From NCBI GenBank assembly GCA_031362085.1, contig JANLSA010000450.1:1-56050 (forward strand): DNA of 56,050 nucleotides. The letters run 5' to 3'. The stretch is from Bacteroidota bacterium. GTDB lineage: Bacteria > Bacteroidota > Bacteroidia > Chitinophagales > Chitinophagaceae. This document shows, piece after piece, positions 19,812 to 28,635 of this stretch; position 1 is the stretch's first letter; each line of letters starts with the position of its first letter. A model generated the notes under the pieces. The model saw nothing but the letters and a program-made list of their open reading frames with translations. It made no database searches and was not told the DNA's origin. A program made the translations under genes and the position numbers.

Positions 19812-20579
19812 ATGTTTACAAATTTATTTAAAGAACAGGTAGCTATTATCACCGGAGCGGGGCAGGGCATTGGTTTTGAAATTGCCCGGCAGCTTTCTGC
19901 TAATGGAGCATCCGTATTGCTGAATGACATAGATAAAAATCTTGCACAACAGGCTGCTTCAAAAATTTCGCAGAAAGGTATTTGTCATCCGATGGCGGGT
20001 GATGCTGCAGATGTAAATTTTATAAGGAGCATGGTAGATGAAGCGGTTAATCGTTTTGGCAAACTCAGTATTGCTATTGCCAATGCGGGCATTACTTTGT
20101 ATGGCGATTTTTTTGAATACAAACCAGAAACTTTACAACAAGTGATGAATCTGAATCTTGGCGGTAGTTTTTTCTTAGTGCAAGCCGCTGCTACGCAAAT
20201 GAAAAAACAATTAGGCGGCGGAAGTATTTTATTAATGTCGTCTGTAACCGGACACCAGGCACACCGGAATCTTGCTGCTTATGGTATGACCAAGGCTGCA
20301 CTTGAAATGCTCGCCAAAACACTGGTAATAGAATTATCTCCATTTAATATTTCCATCAATGCAATTGCACCAGGTGCAACCAAAACCGAACGAACCACTG
20401 AAGATCCTGACTATGATAGAATATGGAGTGGCATAACACCCATTGGCAAACCAGCAACAGTAGCAGATATTGCTAATGCAGCTTTGTTTATGATATCACC
20501 TGCATCAAGACATATTACCGGGCAAAGCCTTATTATTGATGGGGGCTGGACATCGGTGAGTCCTTCGCCTTATGATTAA
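19812..20579 (+). CDS. SDR family oxidoreductase
   Basis: TGAGQGIG cofactor motif, NAG, and the S...YxxxK triad (YGMTKAA). Confidence 0.85.
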   Translation: MFTNLFKEQVAIITGAGQGIGFEIARQLSANGASVLLNDIDKNLAQQAASKISQKGICHPMAGDAADVNFIRSMVDEAVNRFGKLSIAIANAGITLYGDFFEYKPETLQQVMNLNLGGSFFLVQAAATQMKKQLGGGSILLMSSVTGHQAHRNLAAYGMTKAALEMLAKTLVIELSPFNISINAIAPGATKTERTTEDPDYDRIWSGITPIGKPATVADIANAALFMISPASRHITGQSLIIDGGWTSVSPSPYD

Positions 20580-20664
20580 TGAAGTTCTTTCTGTCGGTAT
20601 GCCGAAGATGAAATCAATACTCATTAGTTTAAAAATTGAGTAAAAAAAATTCATACTGCACCCC

Positions 20665-20672
20665 TACCTTTG
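20665..20672 (+). promoter_or_regulatory. TAnnTTTG -7 box upstream of purF
   Basis: tacctttg ends 9 nt before the ATG at 20682. Confidence 0.45.
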
Positions 20673-20681
20673 CGCCTTCAG

Positions 20682-22529
20682 ATGAGCGACCCGATAAAAC
20701 ACGAATGCGGTCTTGCATTCATACGACTTCGTAAAAACTTCTCTTACTACCAGAAAAAATATGGTACCGTAATGTGGGGGCTTAATAAGCTGTACCTGCT
20801 GATGGAAAAACAACATAACCGGGGACAAGATGGCGCCGGTATTGCATCTGTAAAATTAAATGTAGAACCCGGCTATCCTTTTATGAACCGGATGCGCAGC
20901 AATGCACCGCAGGCCATTGCCGATATTTTTCAAAAAGTGGGTAAAGAAGTTGAAGAGCTGGAGGAGTATCATCCCGATATAAAAAAACATCCCGGACTTA
21001 TGAAAGGGCATGTAAATTTTTTGGGTGAGTTACTGTTGGGGCATCTGCGTTATGGCACGCAAGGAAAAAATAAAGTAGAATACTGTCATCCGTTTATTAA
21101 CCGGGATACCATTCCCTCACGCAACCTTGCATTGGCAGGAAATTTTAATTTAGTTAACACCGATGAACTTTTTTCTCTGATTGGTAAAGAACCGACAGAC
21201 ACCATGCGTTTCAGCGACCTGGCTGCTATGATAGAATTAATGCATGTATTTCTATGTAAAGAAGATGATCAGTCGCCGGAGAAAATGGATATTAAAAAAG
21301 TGTTGAAGAAAACTATTTCAAAATTTGATGGCGGTTTTCATGTAGCAGGTATGACGGGCAGCGGAATTGGTTTTGTTTTTCGTGATGCACACGGCATCCG
21401 CCCTTCGTATTATTATATAAATGATGAAGTGGTAGTGGCTGCAAGTGAACGGGCTGCTATCCGTACCTGTTTTCATGTAGGCGAAAATGAAGTAATGGAA
21501 TTAATGCCCGGTCAGGCCTTGATTGTAAATGAAATTGGTGAAATAGAAATATCACAGATACTGGAACCTAAAGAAAGAAAAGCATGCAGCTTTGAAAGGA
21601 TCTATTTTTCCCGGGGTAGCGATGAAAAAATTTATAAAGAAAGAAAAGCGTTAGGATTTAATTTAAGCGAGCCGGTGCTGAATGCAATTGATCATGATTT
21701 AAAAAACACTATTTTTTCTTTTATCCCAAATACAGCAGAAACGGCTTTTTATGGAATGGTAAAAGGGATGGAACAATATTTAAACAAAGTAAAAGTAGAA
21801 AGAATCTTAAGCTGGGGAAAAGAATATGATGAAGAGAAGCTGACCGAAATGATTAACCGCCGCATCCGCATTGAGAAAATAGCAATCAAAGATGTGAAGA
21901 TGCGAACCTTTATAACCGAAGATGTAAGCCGCAATGAATTGGTACAACATGTTTACGATATTACCTATGGTACCGTTCGCCCCGGTATTGATACATTAGT
22001 TGTGATTGATGATTCAATTGTCCGTGGCACCACACTCAAAGAAAGTATTATACGCATGCTTTCCCGGTTGCAACCGAAAAAGATTATTGTTGTTTCCTCA
22101 TCACCACAAATACGCTATCCCGATTGCTATGGAATTGATATGAGCAAGATGGGTGAGTTCATTGCTTTTAATGCAGCCGTAGAATTGGCAAAAGAAAATA
22201 ATAAGATGGAATGTATGAAGGAGCTGTTGAATAAATGTAAAGAATTGCAACGCGGCAACCAATTAGAAACTGAAAATGTAGTGAAGCAGTTTTATAAATT
22301 ATTTACGACCGACGAGATTACAAAAAAAATTGCGCAGCTCATTACGCCACCAGATTTAAAAATCCCGGTTGAAGTCATTTTTCAAACAATTGAAGATTTG
22401 CATAAAGCTTGTCCCAATAACCTTGGGGATTGGTATTTTACAGGCAACTATCCTACACCCGGCGGTATCAAGGTAGTGAACCGTGCATTTATAAATTATA
22501 TGGAAGGGAAAAAAGTAAGAGGGTATTAA
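20682..22529 (+). CDS. purF: Amidophosphoribosyltransferase (long Bacteroidota type)
   Basis: N-terminal MSDPIKHECGLAF (Ntn Cys), GQDGAGIA, and the PRTase motif LVVIDDSIVRGTT. The ATG at 20682 is preferred over the upstream non-ATG start. Confidence 0.88.
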   Translation: MSDPIKHECGLAFIRLRKNFSYYQKKYGTVMWGLNKLYLLMEKQHNRGQDGAGIASVKLNVEPGYPFMNRMRSNAPQAIADIFQKVGKEVEELEEYHPDIKKHPGLMKGHVNFLGELLLGHLRYGTQGKNKVEYCHPFINRDTIPSRNLALAGNFNLVNTDELFSLIGKEPTDTMRFSDLAAMIELMHVFLCKEDDQSPEKMDIKKVLKKTISKFDGGFHVAGMTGSGIGFVFRDAHGIRPSYYYINDEVVVAASERAAIRTCFHVGENEVMELMPGQALIVNEIGEIEISQILEPKERKACSFERIYFSRGSDEKIYKERKALGFNLSEPVLNAIDHDLKNTIFSFIPNTAETAFYGMVKGMEQYLNKVKVERILSWGKEYDEEKLTEMINRRIRIEKIAIKDVKMRTFITEDVSRNELVQHVYDITYGTVRPGIDTLVVIDDSIVRGTTLKESIIRMLSRLQPKKIIVVSSSPQIRYPDCYGIDMSKMGEFIAFNAAVELAKENNKMECMKELLNKCKELQRGNQLETENVVKQFYKLFTTDEITKKIAQLITPPDLKIPVEVIFQTIEDLHKACPNNLGDWYFTGNYPTPGGIKVVNRAFINYMEGKKVRGY

Positions 22530-22545
22530 TTTTTTTTGATTTCAG

Positions 22546-22567
22546 ACCTGCCTGCCGGCAGGCAGGT
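22546..22567. repeat. 22-nt perfect GC-rich palindrome, copy 1 (intergenic, terminator-like, after purF)
   Basis: acctgcctgccggcaggcaggt. An identical copy lies at 31847-31868. Confidence 0.85.
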
Positions 22568-22594
22568 TGCAGATTTTAAATTTAACTTCACAGT

Positions 22595-23089
22595 ATGAAG
22601 ACTCTGATATTAGTTCGTCATGCAAAAAGCGATTGGGCCGATTCATCGCTTACGGATTTTGACCGGCCACTAAATGAGCGGGGAAAAAGAGATGCTCCTT
22701 TGATGGCCCAGCGGTTATTTGATAAAAAAATAAAAATTGATCTGATAATCGCAAGCCCGGCAAAACGGGCAGCCAAAACAGCAAAAATATTTGCTGAAAC
22801 ACTGAGCTTTAAAAAGGACAATATCATTTACAAGCCGGAATTATATTTAGCGGGTTCAGAAGTTTTTTATTCAGTTGTTGAAAATGCAACGAGTACTACT
22901 GATTGTATTGCCCTTTTTTCTCACAACAACGGCATCACAGATTTTGCCAACATGCTCACCAATTCCAGGGTTGATAATATTCCCACCTGTGGCGTATTTG
23001 CTATTCAACTAAAATTGAACAACTGGAAAGATTTCAGGAATGCAGAAAAAGAATTTTGGTTTTTCGATTACCCCAAGAATTCTGTGTAA
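22595..23089 (+). CDS. Histidine phosphatase family protein (SixA-like)
   Basis: LILVRHAKSDW (RH motif) and a second His in LFSHNNG. Confidence 0.8.
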   Translation: MKTLILVRHAKSDWADSSLTDFDRPLNERGKRDAPLMAQRLFDKKIKIDLIIASPAKRAAKTAKIFAETLSFKKDNIIYKPELYLAGSEVFYSVVENATSTTDCIALFSHNNGITDFANMLTNSRVDNIPTCGVFAIQLKLNNWKDFRNAEKEFWFFDYPKNSV

Positions 23090-24219
23090 AGTGCAGGATT
23101 AATTCTTGTAACGAGTTTCCCCACAAAATCTTTTATTATTTTTTTAAACTCCGCATCATGATAATCGGGAAAGGATGTGTATGAAAAATTTTTTCCTTTT
23201 TCAATGGCTTCCAGTAGCGAAAAATTTTGCTGATCGATACATAAAGCCTTCCCGGATTCTGATAAGTACTTTCCAATATATTCCTGTTCCGGTTGCCCCG
23301 GTGTAGGAATTAAAATTGATTTCTTTTTCAACTTCGCAATATCCATTACAGTGCTATACCCACTCCGGCTTATTACAAATTCTGCCTGTTCCATTTCTTT
23401 GTTTAATTCTTCTGCAGGTAAATAATTATAAAATTTTATGGTGTTGGTGGATGGAATAAAATTTGTGGCTGTCAATAAGCCCCGGACTACAGATGCTGTT
23501 CCATTATGCTGTGAAATTTTTTGTACAATCATATTTTCAAGAATACTACGTTGCGGTTCCGGGCCTGAAAGCACAACAAGGATATGATTTTTTTGTTCTT
23601 GAATTCCGGTAGAATGAAACCGGGATAATAATCCCAGGTAATGAACCGGGCGTTTTGGTAATTTATCCGGATGAGATAATTTACCTGCAAGGTTGTTTTC
23701 ACTTTTTTCATCAGGCACCCAGCAAGCTTGAAATTTTCTGATATAAGCGTAATTTATTTTTCGTAGTATGCTATCAAAAAAACCACCTAAGCCTGTTTTT
23801 ATTTGCAGTTGATGTGTTATAAATACATTGTAAACTTTCTTATTGAAAAATCCGTATCGGTTATCGGAAATAACAGCATCAAATTCCAATGCTACATTTT
23901 TTATTTTAAGCCACCTGTTTTCATAACTTATAATATCCAGCATTTTTGGAATCTGGCCTATCAATCTAAAAAAAAGCCCAGTCTTGGTTTTTGAATACTT
24001 AATATTATAGCCCGTTAAATCAAGGATTGTTATATCAGGAAATTCTTTTGCCAGTAATTTATGCTGTATACCATCACCAGCAATCCACACATCGCATTCA
24101 TTTACCAATAACTCACGAATGATAGGAATACAGCGGGTGGCATGACCTAAACCCCAATCGAGCGGAGCAATAAGAATGCGTGGTTTTCGCAAGGAATTTT
24201 CGCTTATAGCATCATTCAT
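23068..24219 (-). CDS. Glycosyltransferase (GT28/MurG-like GT-B fold)
   Basis: PRILIAPLDWGLGHATRCIPIIREL N-terminus; C-terminal FVISRSGYSTVMD...PTPGQPEQ. Confidence 0.75.
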   Translation of the reverse strand: MNDAISENSLRKPRILIAPLDWGLGHATRCIPIIRELLVNECDVWIAGDGIQHKLLAKEFPDITILDLTGYNIKYSKTKTGLFFRLIGQIPKMLDIISYENRWLKIKNVALEFDAVISDNRYGFFNKKVYNVFITHQLQIKTGLGGFFDSILRKINYAYIRKFQACWVPDEKSENNLAGKLSHPDKLPKRPVHYLGLLSRFHSTGIQEQKNHILVVLSGPEPQRSILENMIVQKISQHNGTASVVRGLLTATNFIPSTNTIKFYNYLPAEELNKEMEQAEFVISRSGYSTVMDIAKLKKKSILIPTPGQPEQEYIGKYLSESGKALCIDQQNFSLLEAIEKGKNFSYTSFPDYHDAEFKKIIKDFVGKLVTRINPALYTEFLG

Positions 24220-24311
24220 GGAAAATATTATCTTTTTTTTTGTGGTGGTTATACTAAATTGTCTCTAAAATAGTTTTAATTTAGTTATTCCGGTTTTTAT
24301 CCGGCAAATTT

Positions 24312-24449
24312 ATGAAAGCATCACTTAAAATAACAGCATCTGTAATAATAGTTATCCTGTTTGTTGCCACATCCTGCAGCCGTAATTATTATTCGGGGAA
24401 TGGAAAATTTAAAAGTAGCCAGTGTGGCTGCCCGGGAACAAAGGGATAA
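24312..24449 (+). CDS. Small predicted lipoprotein (45 aa), below the ORF-track cutoff
   Basis: MKASLKITASVIIVILFVATSCSRNYYSGNGKFKSSQCGCPGTKG*, with a clean signal plus lipobox (VATSC). Translated by hand. Confidence 0.45.
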   Translation: MKASLKITASVIIVILFVATSCSRNYYSGNGKFKSSQCGCPGTKG

Positions 24450-24472
24450 TAAGATTTTAATGACTAACTGCA

Positions 24473-24715
24473 ATGAAAGCAATAAACCGAGAAATATTGG
24501 TTGTAGTAAAACATGATTTTGTAAGCCAATCAGCGATTGAAAAGGAAATGGAAGGGCTAAACGAAATTTGTACAGTCATCGAATCCGCTAAAAATTTTTG
24601 TACTGCACATGAATTGGTAAACCGCAACCGCATTACTCAAAACAAAAAGAAAATTTTAAACGCAATTAAATATTCCGAACTGAAACCATTCTTTTTTTTA
24701 ATAGCTAAGAATTAG
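24473..24715 (+). CDS. Hypothetical 80-aa protein (weakly supported)
   Basis: ORF only, no recognisable motif. Overlaps the 3' end of the convergent aminotransferase gene by 4 nt. Confidence 0.25.
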   Translation: MKAINREILVVVKHDFVSQSAIEKEMEGLNEICTVIESAKNFCTAHELVNRNRITQNKKKILNAIKYSELKPFFFLIAKN

Positions 24716-25968
24716 TTTAATTTTTTCAGAGCATCACCCAGATTTTCCAGCATTTCACTAATCTCTTCTTTTTTACAAGTACCAACACTTAAGCGATACC
24801 AGGGATTATTTATATCGCTTCCAAATGCATAAAAAGGAACAATAGCAAGTTTTGCTTCATTTAAAAGATAAGCCGTTACCTCAGCTTGTGTGTTTAACGT
24901 TTTCCCTTCTGCATTTTTCTTACCTGCTAAATCAATTTTGATAGTAAGATAAATTGCTGCTTCCGGCGCAATAGCATCTACATTATATCCAGCCTCTTTC
25001 AGTTTTATAATTCCATCATATATTCTGTGTAGTCGTATTTCGATTTCTTTTTTAAAATGAATAAGATACTGATGGATGCTTTCATTGTTACCCAAATAAC
25101 CGGCAACTGCTTTTTGTTCAGCCATAGGTGCCCATGCACCCACATGCCCGAGAATTGCTTTCATTTTTGAAATAATATTTCCAGGCCCCATACTCCAACC
25201 CACTCTTACACCTGTGGCAGCAAATACTTTACTGATTGCATCAATAAATACAGTGTAATCTTTCATTGCCGGTCTTAAAGAGACGGGGTTGTAATGTTTA
25301 ATTTCTCCATAAGTCAGATGCCAGTACATCTGATCAAACATGATATATAATTTTTTTTCACCGGTATCACGTCTTGCATTTTCTGCTAACACTAAATCAC
25401 ATATCGCTTCTAATTCTTCTTTTCTAAATGTAGTGCCTGTTGGATTTTGCGGCGAGCATAACGAAATCAATACGGCATCTTTAATAAAAGGTCGGATATC
25501 GTTTGCAGCGGGCATAAAATTATTTTCTGCAACCGTATCAATTACGATATGCTCCCCTTCTACAAAATGGGTGTAATGATTATTATTCCAGGATGGGGTG
25601 GCATAAATAATTTTATCGCCTTTATCGCAGATAGCTCTGAATGTTGCATAGATCAAAGGACGGCCACCCGATGCAACTAATATTTCATTTAAGCCATAAT
25701 CCAATGCTTCCGTTTTCTTTATGAAGGATGCAAGGGCTTCGCGTAAATCAAGATTGCCTTCTGCTGCAGGATAATTGGTAAAATGATTCCGGTATGCTGC
25801 TACGATTGCATCTTCTAATTCTTTTGGTATTGGAAAAACTGCCGGATCAAAATCGCCAACGGTAAAATTAAAAATACGTTCACCCTGTCTTATTTTTTCA
25901 CGTATCTCGCCACCCAATTTTACAATTTCGGAACCAATCAATGTTTCAGAAAGATGCGACAGCTTCAT
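24712..25968 (-). CDS. Pyridoxal-phosphate-dependent aminotransferase, class I/II
   Basis: NPxNPTG-type motif (SPQNPTGT) and PLP-lysine context SKVFAATGVRVGW. Confidence 0.85.
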   Translation of the reverse strand: MKLSHLSETLIGSEIVKLGGEIREKIRQGERIFNFTVGDFDPAVFPIPKELEDAIVAAYRNHFTNYPAAEGNLDLREALASFIKKTEALDYGLNEILVASGGRPLIYATFRAICDKGDKIIYATPSWNNNHYTHFVEGEHIVIDTVAENNFMPAANDIRPFIKDAVLISLCSPQNPTGTTFRKEELEAICDLVLAENARRDTGEKKLYIMFDQMYWHLTYGEIKHYNPVSLRPAMKDYTVFIDAISKVFAATGVRVGWSMGPGNIISKMKAILGHVGAWAPMAEQKAVAGYLGNNESIHQYLIHFKKEIEIRLHRIYDGIIKLKEAGYNVDAIAPEAAIYLTIKIDLAGKKNAEGKTLNTQAEVTAYLLNEAKLAIVPFYAFGSDINNPWYRLSVGTCKKEEISEMLENLGDALKKLN

Positions 25969-26009
25969 TTCGGTCTTGTTTTTTTAAAAAGAATAAAATA
26001 GTAAAGAGA

Positions 26010-26017
26010 CAAATGTA
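26010..26017 (-). promoter_or_regulatory. TAnnTTTG -7 box for the aminotransferase gene
   Basis: The minus strand reads gcttacatttgtctc. The same 15-mer recurs upstream of lptB. Confidence 0.45.
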
Positions 26018-26162
26018 AGCGGATTGCAGCAAATCGATCCGACTTATGGTCTGTAATCTAAATTGACCGGTGGTAATTTGTCTTCGGAATTATTAAACTA
26101 ATTTAACGGCTGAATTTTTCCGCATTTTTCCGGACTCTTAAGTCACGGATAAAAACAAAAAC

Positions 26163-28595
26163 ATGAGAAAAATATTTTTTACTTTATTATCTGTATTTTT
26201 TCTGTTACAATTACAAGCCCAGGATCCGGTTGCAGTTTTTAACAGGCACCGCGACAGTATTCCGTCTGAGCAGATTTATTTGCATTTTAATAAACAGGCT
26301 TATGTTGCCGGAGAAACAATTTGGTTTAAAGCATATACCTATGCGGCCGGAATGATTCAACCCGTAAGTACAAATCTGTTTGCTGAACTACTTAATGAAA
26401 GAGGTGAAATTATTCAATCACGAAGATTGGCTGTTTTAAATGGTTTAGCTGTTACAGGCCAATTTATACTGCCGTTAAATGCTGCACAAGGAATTTATTT
26501 TGTAAGATCATGGACTAATTATACTCGGAATTTAGATCAATCTTATGTTTTTAAGAAAGGGATACCGGTATTTAATCCAGCTAATACAGCGTCATCAACA
26601 ATACAAAATAATCCAGGCTATAGTTTTGAGTGGTTTCCTGAAGGGGGTAAACTGGCTAGTGGTGTAGATAATGTAATTGGTTTCCGATGTCTTGATAAAC
26701 AATTGCAACCTGTAAAAGTGAATGGCAATTTGCTTGATTCAAAAGGAGCAAGTCTTGGAACATTTGCTACTAATAAATTTGGACTGGGATATTTTAGCAT
26801 AACTCCTGCAAAAGGAGAAAAATATTTTGGAGAAGTACAGTTGCCGGATAACAGTAAACAGAAATTTGAATTACCGGCTGCTTTTGATCATGTTGTCGTA
26901 TTATCTGTTGTCGATCATGAACTGGGAAAATTATTTACAATACTCACCCCTCCGGGTAATGCCGATAACCCGAAAGAAGTAACGCTGCTTGCCGTAATGA
27001 ACAATAACATTGTACTGAATACTAAAATTGCAATTAAAGATAACCAGGCTCAGGCTTTAGTAAGTAATGAAAAACTAAATGAAGGAATCATACGACTGAT
27101 GATTTTTGATGCCGCTAATAATTTACTGGCACAACGTGCAGCTTATATTTCAACAGAAAACAGTAAAGTGCCGGTGGAATTAAAAACGAATGAATTCGGA
27201 ACAACCTCCAAAGCAATCAATCGCTGGAGTTTTGTTTTGCCAGAAGGTGTTGAAGGACAATTTTCCATTTCAATAACTGATGCGGACAAAGAACTTGTTT
27301 CAAAAAATGAGGATAATATTATTTCTTCCTTGTTATGGCAGGCAGGTAGTTCAAATTATCTTGCCAACACCCAGGTAAAAGATGATGAAGTAAAAGATAT
27401 GATAATGTTTACCGGCAACTGGTTTGATGAAAACTGGGGGGCATTTGCAAAAATGAAAAAACCAGACATCAGCGATGAATTGCATTTGCCCATGAAAGGA
27501 AAATTATTTGAAACCGGAAATAATAAACCGGTATCACAGGGGCAATTGAATTTTTTGGTAAAAACAAAAGACTCTTTAAGTAAAGAATATAATGTGCCGG
27601 TAATGAAAGATGGCAGTTTTAAATTATATGAACTGGTATTTGAAGATACAGCCCGTATTTATTATCGTTGGAAGGGAGCAAAAAATGAAAATGCAATTGC
27701 AACCGAACTGGAGCTTGAGAAAGAAACCAATGAATATGGGTCTTTATTAAAAAACATTTCAATGGAGCCTTATCTACTTTTGAAAAAACCCTTGTTACAG
27801 GATGCTTCTGCAATTGCCATGGCACCAAAGCTTATTGAAAATGTAAAAAGTGAAATGAAACTGGCTAACAGCATAACTGCAAAAGTTCAATCAACTACAA
27901 CTGAAAAAAATACAGGCAATTCAAAAGATGTAAACAAGCGTTACACCAGTGGTGCCTTTAGCAGCATGGGGAACACACGGATGATAGATTTATTAAACAA
28001 CCCTCCGAATAACAAGAGTGGAAATGTTTTTGATTTTGTTACGGGACAAATTAGTGGATTAACAATCGAAAAATCGGGAGGACGTTATACATTAAGAACA
28101 GTACGGGGTTCCTCTACTTTGGAAGTACTAAGAGGTAATAGTAGTGGACAAGTTGCAGCAAAGGTTTTTCTGAATGAATCTGAAACTACCACGGATGCCA
28201 TTGCCAGAATTTCTGTGGATGATATTGCATTGGTTAAGTTTTTTCCCACCGGGGCAATTAGTTTACCGGGCATTGGCCTTTCAGCAGTATTTTGTGTTTA
28301 TACAAAAAAAGTTGAAGATTTGGGAACAACTGATAATCGCTATTTCAATAGTATTGTATTTCCGGGGTACGATGCAGTTAAAAAATTTCCAATGCCGGAT
28401 TATTCAGTGGATGATATAAAAAAACCGGATAACCGAACTACATTATACTGGAAACCTGATATTACACTATTTGATAATAACCGGGAAATTAAAGTCAGTT
28501 TTTATAACAGTGATAACGCAAAACGTTTTCATGTGGTGCTGGAGGGAATAACTACTGACGGAAGGTTAGTAAGCTTTGAAAAAATCATAGAATAA
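26163..28595 (+). CDS. Large secreted protein of unknown function (possible MG2/alpha-2-macroglobulin-like N-terminus and Plug-like C-terminal segment)
   Basis: Signal peptide FLLQLQAQ; IYLHFNKQAYVAGETIWFKAY resembles MG2-type domains. The function is not assignable by eye. Confidence 0.6.
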   Translation: MRKIFFTLLSVFFLLQLQAQDPVAVFNRHRDSIPSEQIYLHFNKQAYVAGETIWFKAYTYAAGMIQPVSTNLFAELLNERGEIIQSRRLAVLNGLAVTGQFILPLNAAQGIYFVRSWTNYTRNLDQSYVFKKGIPVFNPANTASSTIQNNPGYSFEWFPEGGKLASGVDNVIGFRCLDKQLQPVKVNGNLLDSKGASLGTFATNKFGLGYFSITPAKGEKYFGEVQLPDNSKQKFELPAAFDHVVVLSVVDHELGKLFTILTPPGNADNPKEVTLLAVMNNNIVLNTKIAIKDNQAQALVSNEKLNEGIIRLMIFDAANNLLAQRAAYISTENSKVPVELKTNEFGTTSKAINRWSFVLPEGVEGQFSISITDADKELVSKNEDNIISSLLWQAGSSNYLANTQVKDDEVKDMIMFTGNWFDENWGAFAKMKKPDISDELHLPMKGKLFETGNNKPVSQGQLNFLVKTKDSLSKEYNVPVMKDGSFKLYELVFEDTARIYYRWKGAKNENAIATELELEKETNEYGSLLKNISMEPYLLLKKPLLQDASAIAMAPKLIENVKSEMKLANSITAKVQSTTTEKNTGNSKDVNKRYTSGAFSSMGNTRMIDLLNNPPNNKSGNVFDFVTGQISGLTIEKSGGRYTLRTVRGSSTLEVLRGNSSGQVAAKVFLNESETTTDAIARISVDDIALVKFFPTGAISLPGIGLSAVFCVYTKKVEDLGTTDNRYFNSIVFPGYDAVKKFPMPDYSVDDIKKPDNRTTLYWKPDITLFDNNREIKVSFYNSDNAKRFHVVLEGITTDGRLVSFEKIIE

Positions 28596-28599
28596 GAAA

Positions 28600-28622
28600 A
28601 ACGGGGCCACTAATGCCCCGTT
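28600..28622. terminator. Bidirectional terminator hairpin between convergent genes
   Basis: aacggggc-cactaat-gccccgtt flanked by A-run and T-run. Confidence 0.7.
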
Positions 28623-28635
28623 CAATTTTATTTGC

